Positions 10,651-21,856 are shown, counted from the first letter of the stretch. The stretch is DNA of 64,000 nucleotides from Escherichia coli (GCF_029227855.1 NZ_CP074356.1); one strand, 5' to 3'. The notes: a model not told the origin generated them from the letters alone. Translations and numbers: made by a program.

Positions 10651-11664
10651 TCATTCTGCAGACAACATCAAGCGAAGCCGACCACCGGTTCCCCATATTT
10701 GGCATTGCCAGGCATCGCATCGCTGGCTCAATTGATTCAAATAAGCGTTACCTAAAGTGCCTAACGGAACACCATTACTGATTTGCACCTGGTGTTCGCC
10801 AGTATTTAATGTCGCATTCAGACCCGCAGAAACCAGAATGAGATTTTTCAGTTCGCGATGATAATAGCCAACTAATAGCGGAAACAGCCCCGGTAGATTG
10901 GCCTGACGGAGTAAATGGTTTACCTGCTTCAATAACGCGCCCAACTCTGGCAACCGTTGATTTTGATGTGCAAGCTGTTCCTGTAATAATCCGTTAAACA
11001 ATGCGCGTAATAACAAGGCAGCAAGTACGCCATTATGTCCAGCTCGGGTGACATCAAGGCAATAAAATGCCAGATCGTTTTCCGAAAGTGCGGCAATATC
11101 AAGCACCAGGCCGGGTTTGTCCGCGGCAACCAATTGACGATAATTAACCCGGCAATGGGAAATCACCTGCTGAACCGGCGGTTGCAATTCCTGTAATAAT
11201 TTCGCCGCTGCGGCAGGGTTATCAACCATTGCATCCCAGTCGCGAAAAAGCCTCTCCTCTTCCTCAACGCGGGAATTAAACATGCTGGGATAGAGACAGG
11301 CAAAAACCATCTCGCGCAAGCGATTCAGATCTTTAACTGGTTTCAGCAAAACATCTTCAACGCCCAGACGTAACGCTTTGGCAATATCTGCCATATTTTC
11401 AGTGGCAGATATCACCAGAACAGGTGTCTGGTCGCCTCTGTTACGTATATGCTCCAGCAGTTTAAGCCCGTTCATTCGTGGCATCGCGATATCACATATC
11501 ATCAGGTCTGGAGTGAAACCTCCCAGCAACTCAAGGGCATCCACCCCATCAGCCGCCAGTACCGTTGTCGCTCCCAATGAGGAAAACCACGAATCCAGAA
11601 GCGAGCGAAATACCTGCTCATCTTCAACAATGAGAATCTGTTTTCCGACCAATGGCTGCGTCAT
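10651..11664 (-). CDS. rssB: RpoS-degradation adaptor response regulator RssB
   Basis: 337 aa ORF with N-terminal receiver domain (ILIVEDEQVFRSLL...MICDIAMPRMNGL); matches RssB. Confidence 0.95.
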   Translation of the reverse strand: MTQPLVGKQILIVEDEQVFRSLLDSWFSSLGATTVLAADGVDALELLGGFTPDLMICDIAMPRMNGLKLLEHIRNRGDQTPVLVISATENMADIAKALRLGVEDVLLKPVKDLNRLREMVFACLYPSMFNSRVEEEERLFRDWDAMVDNPAAAAKLLQELQPPVQQVISHCRVNYRQLVAADKPGLVLDIAALSENDLAFYCLDVTRAGHNGVLAALLLRALFNGLLQEQLAHQNQRLPELGALLKQVNHLLRQANLPGLFPLLVGYYHRELKNLILVSAGLNATLNTGEHQVQISNGVPLGTLGNAYLNQLSQRCDAWQCQIWGTGGRLRLMLSAE

Positions 11665-11755
11665 GTTCTCTCCCCTGACTGGCTTTACTCAATAGTGGCA
11701 TGCTATTGCCACCTGCGCCTGTCAGAATTAACTTAAGTGTAGATAAAAATTCTGG

Positions 11756-12661
11756 TCAAATGTTGGTGCGTACCAACGGCAAAAGTTCATCCATTTTCTT
11801 TTCCACTGCCAGCTGCCCAGCCGCAATGGCAGCGTGCGCGCGATGGAAATCAAGCGTAGATATTTGCGGGCAAACAGGTTGAATCAGAATATCGGGCGGA
11901 TCACCTGCCATGCGGTTCCTTTTAAGGCGGTTCTCCAGCACCTGGATAGAAGTGGTCATAATCTCTGTTGCCGTTGGCGCTGTCACCGCCCGACGTGTCG
12001 TTATGCTGCCCAACCTTTCTTTCAGACGCGCATGCCACGGCAGAGAATCACCATTCTCGCTATTTTCTTCACTAACATTAAAGGAGAGCAGATCTTGTTG
12101 CATCAAATGAGCATCGTGCTGCAGGTCGACCGCTATCACAATATCAGCACCCAATGCACGCGTGAGCGAAATAGGAATTGGGTTAACTACAGCGCCATCA
12201 ACCAGCCAGTAGCCGTTATGCGCAACGGGTGCCATTAGTCCTGGAATACTGCATGATGCACGAATAGCAAGATGGAGATCGCCTTCAGTAAACCATAATT
12301 CGCGCCCAGTACTTAAATTGGTGGCAACAGCCGCGAAGCGACGGGAACAATTTTCGATCTCTGTTTCCGGCATTATTTCGCGATATTGATTGAAGACACG
12401 CTCGCCGCGCAGTAACCCACCGCGCTGCCAGGAGAGATCCATCAGGCGTAAAACATCCCAATAACTGAAAGAGGTCACCCAATCTTCCAGCGCAGATAGT
12501 CGATCGCATGCATAGGCAGCGCCCACCAGCGAACCAATTGAACATCCTGCAACGATATCAATTTCAATACCCACTTTTTTTAGCGCATTAATAACGCCAA
12601 TATGCGACCAACCTCTCGCCGCGCCAGATCCCAGCGCCAGCCCTATTTTTATCTTTCTCAT
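11756..12661 (-). CDS. rssA: Patatin-like phospholipase RssA
   Basis: 301 aa ORF with GSGAARG oxyanion motif and GCSIG lipase serine motif. Confidence 0.93.
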   Translation of the reverse strand: MRKIKIGLALGSGAARGWSHIGVINALKKVGIEIDIVAGCSIGSLVGAAYACDRLSALEDWVTSFSYWDVLRLMDLSWQRGGLLRGERVFNQYREIMPETEIENCSRRFAAVATNLSTGRELWFTEGDLHLAIRASCSIPGLMAPVAHNGYWLVDGAVVNPIPISLTRALGADIVIAVDLQHDAHLMQQDLLSFNVSEENSENGDSLPWHARLKERLGSITTRRAVTAPTATEIMTTSIQVLENRLKRNRMAGDPPDILIQPVCPQISTLDFHRAHAAIAAGQLAVEKKMDELLPLVRTNI

Positions 12662-12773
12662 TATTCCCGCAAGATTCCCCTGGAATGCAATCGTAGCAAC
12701 ATCGCTACCGCTCGGTTAACATAGTGCTACTCAGGCGGTTAATACGCCGTTATTGTTTCCAGGGAGATTATTT

Positions 12774-13232
12774 GTGTCTCAGCTTTGTCCCTGTGGTAGT
12801 GCTGTCGAGTATAGCCTATGTTGCCACCCTTATGTGTCTGGTGAAAAGGTTGCACCTGATCCAGAACATCTCATGCGTTCGCGTTACTGCGCTTTTGTGA
12901 TGAAAGACGCAGATTATTTAATAAAGACCTGGCATCCATCTTGTGGAGCGGCGGCGTTACGTGCCGAATTGATTGCCGGATTTGCGCATACTGAATGGTT
13001 AGGATTGACCGTATTTGAACATTGTTGGCAGGACGTCGACAATATCGGATTTGTCAGTTTTGTTGCGCGATATACCGAAGGTGGCAAAACAGGTGCAATC
13101 ATTGAACGTTCGCGATTTTTGAAAGAAAACGGTCAATGGTACTATATTGACGGTACACGTCCGCAGTTTGGCCGCAACGATCCCTGCCCTTGTGGTTCAG
13201 GTAAAAAATTTAAAAAGTGCTGCGGCCAATAA
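12774..13232 (+). CDS. ychJ: SEC-C motif protein YchJ
   Basis: GTG start preceded by AGGGAGA; N- and C-terminal CPCGS...C motifs; 152 aa. Confidence 0.88.
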   Translation: MSQLCPCGSAVEYSLCCHPYVSGEKVAPDPEHLMRSRYCAFVMKDADYLIKTWHPSCGAAALRAELIAGFAHTEWLGLTVFEHCWQDVDNIGFVSFVARYTEGGKTGAIIERSRFLKENGQWYYIDGTRPQFGRNDPCPCGSGKKFKKCCGQ

Positions 13233-13281
13233 TGGTTGACGGTACGGTTTAGCAAACACTCTCAACAAGGTTTTTCCAGCA

Positions 13282-14124
13282 ATGCATTCACTCCAACGTA
13301 AAGTTCTGCGTACTATTTGTCCGGACCAAAAAGGTCTGATCGCACGTATTACCAATATTTGCTACAAGCACGAGTTAAATATCGTACAGAACAATGAATT
13401 TGTTGATCACCGTACCGGGCGCTTTTTTATGCGCACGGAACTGGAAGGGATTTTTAATGATTCCACCCTGCTGGCGGATCTCGATAGCGCATTGCCAGAA
13501 GGCTCCGTGCGTGAGCTGAATCCTGCCGGTCGTCGCCGGATAGTGATTCTGGTCACTAAAGAAGCGCATTGCCTTGGCGATTTGTTGATGAAAGCCAATT
13601 ACGGCGGCCTGGATGTCGAAATCGCGGCAGTTATTGGTAACCACGATACTTTACGTTCTCTGGTTGAGCGTTTTGATATTCCGTTTGAGCTGGTAAGTCA
13701 TGAAGGATTAAGCCGCAACGAGCACGATCAAAAGATGGCGGATGCCATTGATGCTTATCAGCCTGACTACGTGGTGCTGGCGAAGTATATGCGGGTATTA
13801 ACGCCAGAATTTGTGGCACGCTTCCCGAATAAGATCATCAATATTCACCATTCATTCCTGCCAGCGTTTATCGGCGCACGTCCTTATCACCAGGCCTATG
13901 AACGTGGCGTGAAGATTATTGGCGCAACCGCTCACTATGTGAATGACAATCTGGACGAAGGTCCAATCATCATGCAGGACGTTATTCATGTCGATCATAC
14001 CTACACAGCTGAAGATATGATGCGCGCAGGTCGTGACGTCGAGAAAAACGTCTTAAGTCGCGCACTCTACAAAGTACTGGCGCAGCGCGTCTTTGTTTAC
14101 GGTAATCGGACGATTATTCTTTAA
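13282..14124 (+). CDS. purU: Formyltetrahydrofolate deformylase PurU
   Basis: 280 aa ORF with N-terminal ACT domain and formyl-transferase fold; matches PurU. Confidence 0.95.
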   Translation: MHSLQRKVLRTICPDQKGLIARITNICYKHELNIVQNNEFVDHRTGRFFMRTELEGIFNDSTLLADLDSALPEGSVRELNPAGRRRIVILVTKEAHCLGDLLMKANYGGLDVEIAAVIGNHDTLRSLVERFDIPFELVSHEGLSRNEHDQKMADAIDAYQPDYVVLAKYMRVLTPEFVARFPNKIINIHHSFLPAFIGARPYHQAYERGVKIIGATAHYVNDNLDEGPIIMQDVIHVDHTYTAEDMMRAGRDVEKNVLSRALYKVLAQRVFVYGNRTIIL

Positions 14125-14205
14125 TCGCCAGCAAAAATAACTGGTTACCTTTAATCCGTTACGGATGAAAATTACCCAACCAGTTCATTTTTCTCAACGT
14201 AACAC

Positions 14206-14233
14206 TTTACAGCGGCGCGTCATTTGATATGAT
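14206..14233 (+). promoter_or_regulatory. tyrT promoter (-35 TTTACA, -10 TATGAT, GC-rich discriminator)
   Basis: TTTACAGCGGCGCGTCATTTGATATGATGCGCCCCGCTTCCC is the classic stringently controlled tyrT promoter, ~50 bp upstream of the mature tRNA 5' end. Confidence 0.85.
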
Positions 14234-14282
14234 GCGCCCCGCTTCCCGATAAGGGAGCAGGCCAGTAAAAGCATTACCCCGT

Positions 14283-14367
<85 letters not shown>

Positions 14368-14401
14368 TCTCAAGCATTACCTCAAAATTTGAATTACCCC
14401 T

Positions 14402-14486
<85 letters not shown>

Positions 14487-14542
14487 TCACTTTTCAAAAG
14501 TCCGTGAACTCTCAAACGAATCCGCAATTAAATATTCTGCCC

Positions 14543-14629
14543 ATGCGGGGAAGGATGAGAAGCTTCGACCAAGGTGCGACTCGGGCGCCAGCGAGAAAGC
14601 GTTGCCGCAGGCAACGACCCGAAGGGTGA
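14543..14629 (+). CDS. tpr: Protamine-like small protein Tpr encoded in the tyrT operon 3' repeat region
   Basis: Short arginine-rich [31 protein letters not shown] downstream of tyrV, followed by a partial repeat of the tRNA 3' end (TCCTTCCCCCACCACCATCACTT at ~14650). Confidence 0.5.
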   Translation: MRGRMRSFDQGATRAPARKRCRRQRPEG

Positions 14630-14751
14630 AGCGCGCAGCGCTGAGTAATCCTTCCCCCACCACCATCACTTCCTGTAAATACTCAAAACCTGTTACTCCG
14701 AGCTAATTCTACCCAATGGCACCGCGTTTACCGGACCTACAATATCCTCCC

Positions 14752-14783
14752 CTGTAGGTCGGATAAGCGAAGCGCATCCGACA
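14752..14783. repeat. REP (repetitive extragenic palindrome) element
   Basis: TGTAGGTCGGATAAGCGAAGCGCATCCGACA resembles the canonical REP consensus. Confidence 0.5.
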
Positions 14784-14803
14784 ACTCACCCCGTACCGTG
14801 CCC

Positions 14804-14828
14804 ATAAAAAAACCCCGCCGAAGCGGGG
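14804..14828 (-). terminator. narGHJI operon rho-independent terminator
   Basis: CCCCGCCG-aa-GCGGGG hairpin followed on the minus strand by a U-run (A-run on plus). Confidence 0.6.
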
Positions 14829-14849
14829 TCTATGCAAACTAAAATTCGC

Positions 14850-15527
14850 TTAGTGACGAGCGCGCACCAGCTGATACTTACGTGTCAGATACTCCACCGG
14901 TACGCTCCAGATGTGCACCAGACGTGAGAACGGGAACAGCAAGAATAACGTCATCCCCAGCACCAGGTGCAGACGGAAGATAAACGCCACACCATCAAGG
15001 TGTTGAGAAGCGCCACCGTGGAAGGTCACTACCGACTGCGCCCAGCCAACCAGTTTCATCATCTCGCTACCGTCCATATGCTGGGCGGAGAACGGAATGG
15101 TCAGCAAGCCCAGAGCGCACTGGATAACCAGCAGAGACAGGATCAGGATATCCGCTCCGGTAGTCGTTGCACGCACGCGTGGGCTGAACAGACGACGTTT
15201 CAGCAACAGCACGCCGCCAATCAGACACAGCACGCCGCTGGCACCACCAGCAAACATCGCCATTTTCTGTTTCACTTCAATCGGCAGCCAGGCTTCATAC
15301 ATCCAGTGCGGCGTCAGCATACCGAAGAAGTGACCGACAAAAATCCCCAGAATACCGATATGGAACAGGTTCGACGCCAGGTTCATCCCTTTGCGATCCA
15401 GCATCTGGCTGGACGCCGCGCGCCAGGTGTACTGCCCGTAGTCATAACGCAGCCAGCTACCAATCAGGAAGACCGCCCCGGTTATGTACGGGTAGATATC
15501 AAAGAAGAACATATTCAGGAATTGCAT
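14850..15527 (-). CDS. narI: Respiratory nitrate reductase gamma (cytochrome b) subunit NarI
   Basis: 225 aa hydrophobic [33 protein letters not shown]. Confidence 0.96.
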   Translation of the reverse strand: MQFLNMFFFDIYPYITGAVFLIGSWLRYDYGQYTWRAASSQMLDRKGMNLASNLFHIGILGIFVGHFFGMLTPHWMYEAWLPIEVKQKMAMFAGGASGVLCLIGGVLLLKRRLFSPRVRATTTGADILILSLLVIQCALGLLTIPFSAQHMDGSEMMKLVGWAQSVVTFHGGASQHLDGVAFIFRLHLVLGMTLFLLFPFSRLVHIWSVPVEYLTRKYQLVRARH

Positions 15528-16237
15528 TAGTGCTGTCCTCCGGTGGTGATATTCAGATATTGCGGCGCGACGGCACCAGCAAAGCGACGCTGATGAGCAG
15601 TGATTGCTGAATCACCGCAGCCTTTGTCAGCAAAGAATTTAACCTGCTCTTCTTCCCAGACAGCATCCAGCGCCTGCGGCGTATCGTCGCGCGCTTCGTC
15701 GGCAATTTTTTCCGCCACTTTGTCGCTGTCGATTGCGGTATTCGCCAGTTTCAGCAGCAGATCAAACAGCACGGCATAACGGCTTTCACGCTGTTGCAGA
15801 CGCGCACTCAGCAATGCCAGAATCGGCGCAATATCTTTCAAACCCTCCACGGCTTCGCTTTGCGGCAGCTGCGCCAGGTACTCCAGATACAGCGGCAGAT
15901 GGTCGGGCAATTCGCGGCTGTTTAACTGCAAACCGTGCTGCTCATACTGCGCCAGCAGGTCTACCATCGCCTGACCGCGGTCGCGGGATTCACCGTGCAC
16001 ATGTTCAAACAGCAACAGTGACGTGGCACGACCACGGTCGAACAGTTCGCTGTACTGGGCCTGAGCATCGAGCGGATCCATCGCCGTTAAATCGCGCAGG
16101 AAAATGCCCAGCGCATGGGCATCTTCTTTCGACAGATTTTTCGACGCAGCAATCGCCTCAAACATCTCTTGTTGATGCTGCCATAAGGCAGCATCCGGAT
16201 ATTCAAGGAGACGCGATACAATCACGAGTTCGATCAT
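15527..16237 (-). CDS. narJ: Nitrate reductase assembly chaperone NarJ
   Basis: 236 aa ORF, overlaps narI start and narH stop; matches NarJ. Confidence 0.95.
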   Translation of the reverse strand: MIELVIVSRLLEYPDAALWQHQQEMFEAIAASKNLSKEDAHALGIFLRDLTAMDPLDAQAQYSELFDRGRATSLLLFEHVHGESRDRGQAMVDLLAQYEQHGLQLNSRELPDHLPLYLEYLAQLPQSEAVEGLKDIAPILALLSARLQQRESRYAVLFDLLLKLANTAIDSDKVAEKIADEARDDTPQALDAVWEEEQVKFFADKGCGDSAITAHQRRFAGAVAPQYLNITTGGQH

Positions 16238-17772
16238 GGGTGCGACTCCGTTTTGCTCGTTACGTCGATGGCATCGATACGGCGGCTGTTGAACAGATTG
16301 AATTTGGTATCTGAACCGTGGCAGCCATCACCAAAGGTAAAGCCGCAGCCATTTTTCTCCGGGAAGGCTTCCCGCGCCAGTTCACGATGACTGCTCGGCA
16401 CCACAAAGCGATCTTCGTAGTTAGCAATCGCCAGATAACGGTACATCTCCTGTGCCTGGGCTTCGGTCAGACCGACCTCTTCCAGCGCACGGGTATCGAC
16501 TTTACCGTCAACGGTTTCAGCACGTTTGTAATGACGCATCGCCAGCATACGTTTCAGCGCGCGCAGTACTGGTTTGGTATCACCGGCGGTCAGCAGATTC
16601 GCCAGATACTGTACCGGAATACGCAGACTTTCGACGTCTGGCAGAATGCCGTTGCTGCCCAGTTCACCCGCATCTGCCGCAGACTGAATCGGCGACAGAG
16701 GCGGCACGTACCAGACCATCGGCAGTGTGCGATATTCCGGATGCAGCGGCAGCGCCAGTTTCCATTCCATCGCCATTTTATAAACCGGCGACTGCTGTGC
16801 GGCTTCAATAACGCTCAGCGGAATACCGTCTTTAATTGCCTGCTCGATGACTTTCGGATCGTTCGGATCGAGGAACACCTCCAGCTGACGCTGGTAGAGA
16901 TCTTTCTCGTTCTCGGTGCTGGCTGCACGTTCAATGGCGTCGGCATCGTACAGCAGCACGCCGAGATAACGGATACGACCGACACAGGTTTCAGAGCACA
17001 CCGTCGGCTGACCGGCTTCAATACGCGGATAGCAGAAGATGCACTTCTCAGACTTACCGCTCTTCCAGTTGAAGTAGATTTTTTTGTACGGGCATCCGGT
17101 GATGCACATACGCCAGCCACGGCATTTATCCTGGTCGATCAGGACGATGCCATCTTCTTCACGCTTGTAAATCGCACCGCTCGGGCAGGTCGCCACACAT
17201 GCCGGGTTCAGGCAGTGTTCGCACAGGCGCGGCAAATACATCATGAAGGTGTTTTCGAACTGGCTATACATCGCCTTCTGGATGTTGTCGAAGTTCTTGT
17301 CTTTCGCCAGCTTGTCAAACTCACCGCCCAGGTCATCTTCCCAGTTCGGCCCTTTTTCGATTTTCGCCATCCGTTCGCCGGTAATCAGCGAACGCGGACG
17401 GGCAATCGGCTGCGATTTGCTGCCTTCCGGCGCGGTATGCAGGTTCTGATAATCAAAATCGAACGGCTCGTAATAATCGTCGATACCCGGCAGATGCGGG
17501 TTAGCAAAGATTTTACCCAGCAGCATGGCGCGGTTACCCATGCGCGGCTGCAGTTTGCCGTTGATTTTACGGATCCAGCCGCCTTTGTATTTTTCCTGGT
17601 TTTCCCAGTCAGTCGGGAAGCCCTGGCCCGGCTTGGTTTCCACGTTGTTGAACCACGCGTATTCCACACCTTCGCGGCTGGTCCAGACGTTTTTACAGGT
17701 AACTGAACAGGTGTGGCAGCCGATGCACTTATCGAGATTCAGCACCATGCCGACTTGTGAACGAATTTTCAT
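16234..17772 (-). CDS. narH: Respiratory nitrate reductase beta (Fe-S) subunit NarH
   Basis: 512 aa ORF with multiple CxxCxxCxxxCP ferredoxin-type cysteine clusters. Confidence 0.97.
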   Translation of the reverse strand: MKIRSQVGMVLNLDKCIGCHTCSVTCKNVWTSREGVEYAWFNNVETKPGQGFPTDWENQEKYKGGWIRKINGKLQPRMGNRAMLLGKIFANPHLPGIDDYYEPFDFDYQNLHTAPEGSKSQPIARPRSLITGERMAKIEKGPNWEDDLGGEFDKLAKDKNFDNIQKAMYSQFENTFMMYLPRLCEHCLNPACVATCPSGAIYKREEDGIVLIDQDKCRGWRMCITGCPYKKIYFNWKSGKSEKCIFCYPRIEAGQPTVCSETCVGRIRYLGVLLYDADAIERAASTENEKDLYQRQLEVFLDPNDPKVIEQAIKDGIPLSVIEAAQQSPVYKMAMEWKLALPLHPEYRTLPMVWYVPPLSPIQSAADAGELGSNGILPDVESLRIPVQYLANLLTAGDTKPVLRALKRMLAMRHYKRAETVDGKVDTRALEEVGLTEAQAQEMYRYLAIANYEDRFVVPSSHRELAREAFPEKNGCGFTFGDGCHGSDTKFNLFNSRRIDAIDVTSKTESHP

Positions 17773-20700
17773 TTTACGCTCTCCTGTACCTGGTCATTGC
17801 CTTCGCCATCTAACCAGTCAATGTTCTTCATCTTACGCACTACAACAAACTCATCGCGGTTAGAACCTACGGTGCCGTAGTAGTTAAAGCCGTATGCCAG
17901 ATGGGCATAGCCGCCGATCATATGCGTCGGTTTCGGCGTGATACGGGTGACCGAGTTATGGATACCACCACGCTGTTGGGTAATTTCCGAACCAGGCAGG
18001 TTAACGATACGTTCCTGCGCGTGGTACATCATGGTCATCCCTGCCGGAACACGCTGGCTGACAACCGCACGGGCAGTCAGAGCACCGTTGCTGTTGAAGA
18101 CTTCAATCCAGTCGTTATCGGCGATACCCAGCTCTTTGGCATCGGCTTCACTCAGCCAGACCACCGGACCACCGCGACCTAAAGTCAGCATCAGCAGGTT
18201 GTCGCTGTAGGTGGAGTGGATACCCCACTTCTGGTGCGGCGTCAGGAAGTTGAGCGCTTTTTCCGGGTTGCCATTGGATTTCTGGCCCATCACTTCTTTC
18301 ACCGAACGGGTGTCGATCGGCGGACGATAAACCAGCAGGCTTTCACCGAAATCACGCATCCATTGGTGATCCTGATACAGTTGCTGACGGCCAGAGAGCG
18401 TACGCCACGGGATCAGCTCGTGAATGTTGGTGTAACCGGCGTTGTAAGAAACGTGTTCATCTTCAAGGCCAGACCAGGTTGGGCTGGAGATGATTTTGCG
18501 CGGCTGTGCCTGAATATCGCGGAAGCGAATCTTCTCGTCTTCTTTATTCAGCGCCAGATGCGTATGGTCACGACCGGTAAACTCGCTCAGGGCAGCCCAG
18601 GCTTTCACGGCTACCTGACCGTTGGTTTCCGGTGCCAGCGTCAGGATCATCTCTGCCGCATCAATGGCGGTGTTCAGCATCGGCTGGCCTTTTGCCGGAC
18701 CTTCCGCTTTGGTGTAGTTGAGCTTACGCAGCAGATCCATCTCGCTCTGGGTGTTCCAGGCAATCCCTTTACCGCCGTTACCGATTTTCTCCATCAACGG
18801 GCCGATAGAGGTAAAGCGTTCGTAAGTTGCCGGATAATCGCGCTCTACGACCATAATGTGCGGTGCAGTTTTACCTGGGATCAGGTCGCATTCGCCTTTT
18901 TTCCAGTCTTTCACATCCAGCGGTTGCGCCAGTTCAGCGGCAGAGTCGTGCTGGATAGGCAGCGTGACGATGTCGGTTTCTTTACCCAGGTGGCCGACGC
19001 ACACTTCGGAGAATTTCTTCGCGATGGCTTTGTAGATTTCCCAGTCGCTTTTCGCTTCCCAGGCCGGATCGACCGCCGCAGACAGCGGGTGAATAAACGG
19101 ATGCATATCCGAAGTATTCATGTCGTCTTTTTCGTACCAGGTCGCCGTCGGCAAAATGATGTCGGAATAGAGACAGGTGCTCGACAGACGGAAGTCCAGC
19201 GTAACCACCAGATCCAGCTTGCCTTCCAGACCATTGTCCTGCCAGTCCACTTCTTCCGGCTTCACGCCGCCCTGCTGCCCCAGATCTTTACCCTGGATAC
19301 CGTGCTCCGTCCCCAGCAGGTACTTGAGCATAAACTCATGACCTTTACCGGAAGAACCGAGCAGGTTAGAACGCCAGATGAACAGGTTGCGCGGGTGGTT
19401 TTTACCGTTTTCCGGCTGTTCCGCAGCGAAACGGATAGAACCCTCTTTCAGGGATTTCACCGTATAGTCCACCGGATTCATCCCGGCTTTTTCTGCTTCG
19501 CGAGCGATAGTCAGCGGGTTAGTGCCTAACTGCGGCGCAGACGGCAGCCAGCCCATGCGTTCTGCACGGACGTTAAAGTCGATCAAGTGTCCGGTATAGC
19601 GAGATTTATCCGCCATCGGCGACAGCAGTTCTGCCGCAGTCACGGTTTCATAACGCCACTGGCTGGAGTGGTTATAGAAATAAGAGGTACTGTTCATGTG
19701 ACGCGCCGGACGCTGCCAGTCGAGGGCAAACGCCAGCGGCTGCCAGCCGGTTTGCGGACGCAGTTTTTCCTGACCTACATAGTGCGCCCAGCCCCCCCCG
19801 CTCTGACCGACACAGCCGCAGAAAATCAGCATGTTGATCAGACCACGATAGTTCATATCGAGGTGATACCAGTGGTTCAGCCCCGCACCGACGATAATCA
19901 TCGAACGACCGTGCGTCTTGTCAGCGTTATCGGCAAATTCACGGGCAATACGGATAATCTGGCTACGAGAAACGCCAGTGATTTGCTCGGCCCAGGCAGG
20001 GGTGTAAGCTTTCACGTCGTCATAGCTGGTTGCACAATTAACGTCGTTCAGGCCACGTTCCAGACCGTAGTTTGCCAGCGTCAGATCATAAACGGTGGTC
20101 ACCAGGGCGGTGCTGCCATCAGCCAGTTGCAAGCGTTTCACCGGCAGCTTGTGCAGCAGCACGTTTTCCAGTTCCACTTTGTTGAAGTGTTCCGTGCCGT
20201 CGCCACCAAAGTACGGGAAGCCCACCTCAGCGATCTCATCCTGGCTACCCAGCAGGCTCAGTTGCAGCTCGGTTTCTTCGCCAGTTTTGCCGTCGCGCTG
20301 TTCAAGATTCCATTTGCCCTTCTCGCCCCAGCGGAAGCCGATAGAACCGTTCGGCGCAACCATTTCGCCATTGGTATTAAAGGCGACAGTTTTCCATTCC
20401 GGATTGTTTTCCTGGCCCAGCGCATCCACCAGATCAGCAGCGCGCAGCATACGACCCGCAGCGTAGTAACCGTCGCGTTCTTCCAGCATCACCAGCATCG
20501 GCATGTCGGTGTAGCGACGCACATAGTCGGTGAAATACTGGCTTGGGTTGTCGAGGTGGAATTCACGCAGCATTACGTGGCCCATCGCCAGCGCCATTGC
20601 TGCGTCGGTGCCCTGTTTCGGTGCCAGCCACAGATCGCACAGTTTGGCGATTTCAGCGTAGTCCGGTGTGACGGCAACAGTTTTGGTGCCTTTGTAACGC

Positions 20701-21512
20701 ACTTCAGTAAAGAAGTGAGCATCCGGGGTACGCGTCTGCGGCACGTTTGAACCCCAGGCGATGATGTAGCTGGAGTTGTACCAGTCAGCAGATTCCGGTA
20801 CGTCAGTCTGCTCGCCCCAGGTTTGCGGAGATGCAGGAGGCAGGTCGCAGTACCAGTCGTAGAAGCTTAAGCAAGTACCGCCAAGCAGCGAGAGATAGCG
20901 CGCGCCGGAAGCGTAAGAAACCATCGACATTGCCGGAATTGGCGAGAAGCCAGCGACGCGGTCCGGGCCGTAGTTTTTGATGGTGTAAACGTTAGAGGCG
21001 GCGATCATTTCATTCACTTCCTGCCAGGAAGAACGAACAAAACCACCGCGTCCACGCGCCTGCTTAAAGCTTTTCGCTTTATCGGCGTCTTCAATGATAG
21101 AAGCCCATGCCTCAACCGGATCGCTATGCAGCGCCTTCGCTTCACGCCACATTTTCATCAGGCGTTTGCGCATCATCGGGTATTTCAGACGGTTGGCGCT
21201 GTAAAGATACCAGGAGTAGCTGGCACCACGCGGGCAGCCGCGAGGTTCATGGTTTGGCAGGTCCGGGCGAGTACGCGGATAGTCAGTCTGCTGGGTTTCC
21301 CAGGTCACCAGACCGTTTTTAACGTAGATTTTCCAGCTGCAGGAGCCGGTGCAGTTTACCCCGTGGGTAGAGCGGACGATTTTGTCATGCTGCCAACGCT
21401 GGCGATATCCATCCTCCCAGTCACGGTTGGTATTGAGAAGCTGGCCATGCCCATCGGCAAAGGTTTCACCCTTCTGTTTGAAGTAGCGAAACCGGTCCAG
21501 GAATTTACTCAT
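17769..21512 (-). CDS. narG: Respiratory nitrate reductase alpha (molybdopterin) subunit NarG
   Basis: 1247 aa ORF MSKFLDRFRYFKQKGETFADGHGQLLNTNRDWEDGYRQRWQHDKIVRSTHGVNCTGSCSW. Confidence 0.97.
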   Translation of the reverse strand: MSKFLDRFRYFKQKGETFADGHGQLLNTNRDWEDGYRQRWQHDKIVRSTHGVNCTGSCSWKIYVKNGLVTWETQQTDYPRTRPDLPNHEPRGCPRGASYSWYLYSANRLKYPMMRKRLMKMWREAKALHSDPVEAWASIIEDADKAKSFKQARGRGGFVRSSWQEVNEMIAASNVYTIKNYGPDRVAGFSPIPAMSMVSYASGARYLSLLGGTCLSFYDWYCDLPPASPQTWGEQTDVPESADWYNSSYIIAWGSNVPQTRTPDAHFFTEVRYKGTKTVAVTPDYAEIAKLCDLWLAPKQGTDAAMALAMGHVMLREFHLDNPSQYFTDYVRRYTDMPMLVMLEERDGYYAAGRMLRAADLVDALGQENNPEWKTVAFNTNGEMVAPNGSIGFRWGEKGKWNLEQRDGKTGEETELQLSLLGSQDEIAEVGFPYFGGDGTEHFNKVELENVLLHKLPVKRLQLADGSTALVTTVYDLTLANYGLERGLNDVNCATSYDDVKAYTPAWAEQITGVSRSQIIRIAREFADNADKTHGRSMIIVGAGLNHWYHLDMNYRGLINMLIFCGCVGQSGGGWAHYVGQEKLRPQTGWQPLAFALDWQRPARHMNSTSYFYNHSSQWRYETVTAAELLSPMADKSRYTGHLIDFNVRAERMGWLPSAPQLGTNPLTIAREAEKAGMNPVDYTVKSLKEGSIRFAAEQPENGKNHPRNLFIWRSNLLGSSGKGHEFMLKYLLGTEHGIQGKDLGQQGGVKPEEVDWQDNGLEGKLDLVVTLDFRLSSTCLYSDIILPTATWYEKDDMNTSDMHPFIHPLSAAVDPAWEAKSDWEIYKAIAKKFSEVCVGHLGKETDIVTLPIQHDSAAELAQPLDVKDWKKGECDLIPGKTAPHIMVVERDYPATYERFTSIGPLMEKIGNGGKGIAWNTQSEMDLLRKLNYTKAEGPAKGQPMLNTAIDAAEMILTLAPETNGQVAVKAWAALSEFTGRDHTHLALNKEDEKIRFRDIQAQPRKIISSPTWSGLEDEHVSYNAGYTNIHELIPWRTLSGRQQLYQDHQWMRDFGESLLVYRPPIDTRSVKEVMGQKSNGNPEKALNFLTPHQKWGIHSTYSDNLLMLTLGRGGPVVWLSEADAKELGIADNDWIEVFNSNGALTARAVVSQRVPAGMTMMYHAQERIVNLPGSEITQQRGGIHNSVTRITPKPTHMIGGYAHLAYGFNYYGTVGSNRDEFVVVRKMKNIDWLDGEGNDQVQESVK

Positions 21513-21603
21513 CGGTTTTCTCCTGTGGGAGCCTGTCGGCCCTCTGATAAATCGACATTGCTAATGTTTAAGGGCAAGGTAACGCTCTGAAACAGCGTGG
21601 GAA

Positions 21604-21617
21604 TTGATAACGATCAA
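21604..21617. promoter_or_regulatory. FNR box in the narG promoter (TTGATaacgATCAA)
   Basis: Perfect TTGAT-N4-ATCAA about 95 bp upstream of the narG ATG. Confidence 0.7.
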
Positions 21618-21654
21618 GAGTGATGGGGATGAAAAATAAAGTAAATTCCTAAGA

Positions 21655-21767
21655 TACCCCTTTAGGATAATTAACAGCCACAACATAACAGACTGTAAAT
21701 TAAGACGTTTTATACCTGTAGTTATTTAAACTATTAAGATTTTTATGCAGATGGGTATTAAGGAGTA
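21655..21767. promoter_or_regulatory. narG upstream control region with NarL heptamers
   Basis: TACCCCT at 21655-21661 and TACTCCT (reverse complement) at 21761-21767 match the NarL heptamer consensus TACYYMT. Confidence 0.5.
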
Positions 21768-21856
21768 TTCCCCATGGGTAACATATTAATGGCTCTTAAT
21801 GAAATCCGGCGAAATAAGCCACTCACACATGAGTATGTTGTAACTAAACGACAGAT

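Noticed and set aside
16318-20750. Long plus-strand ORFs (462, 437 and 387 aa) opposite narH and narG
   Set aside because: They lie entirely antisense to well-supported nar genes and have no recognisable protein features; they are typical shadow ORFs of GC-rich coding DNA.
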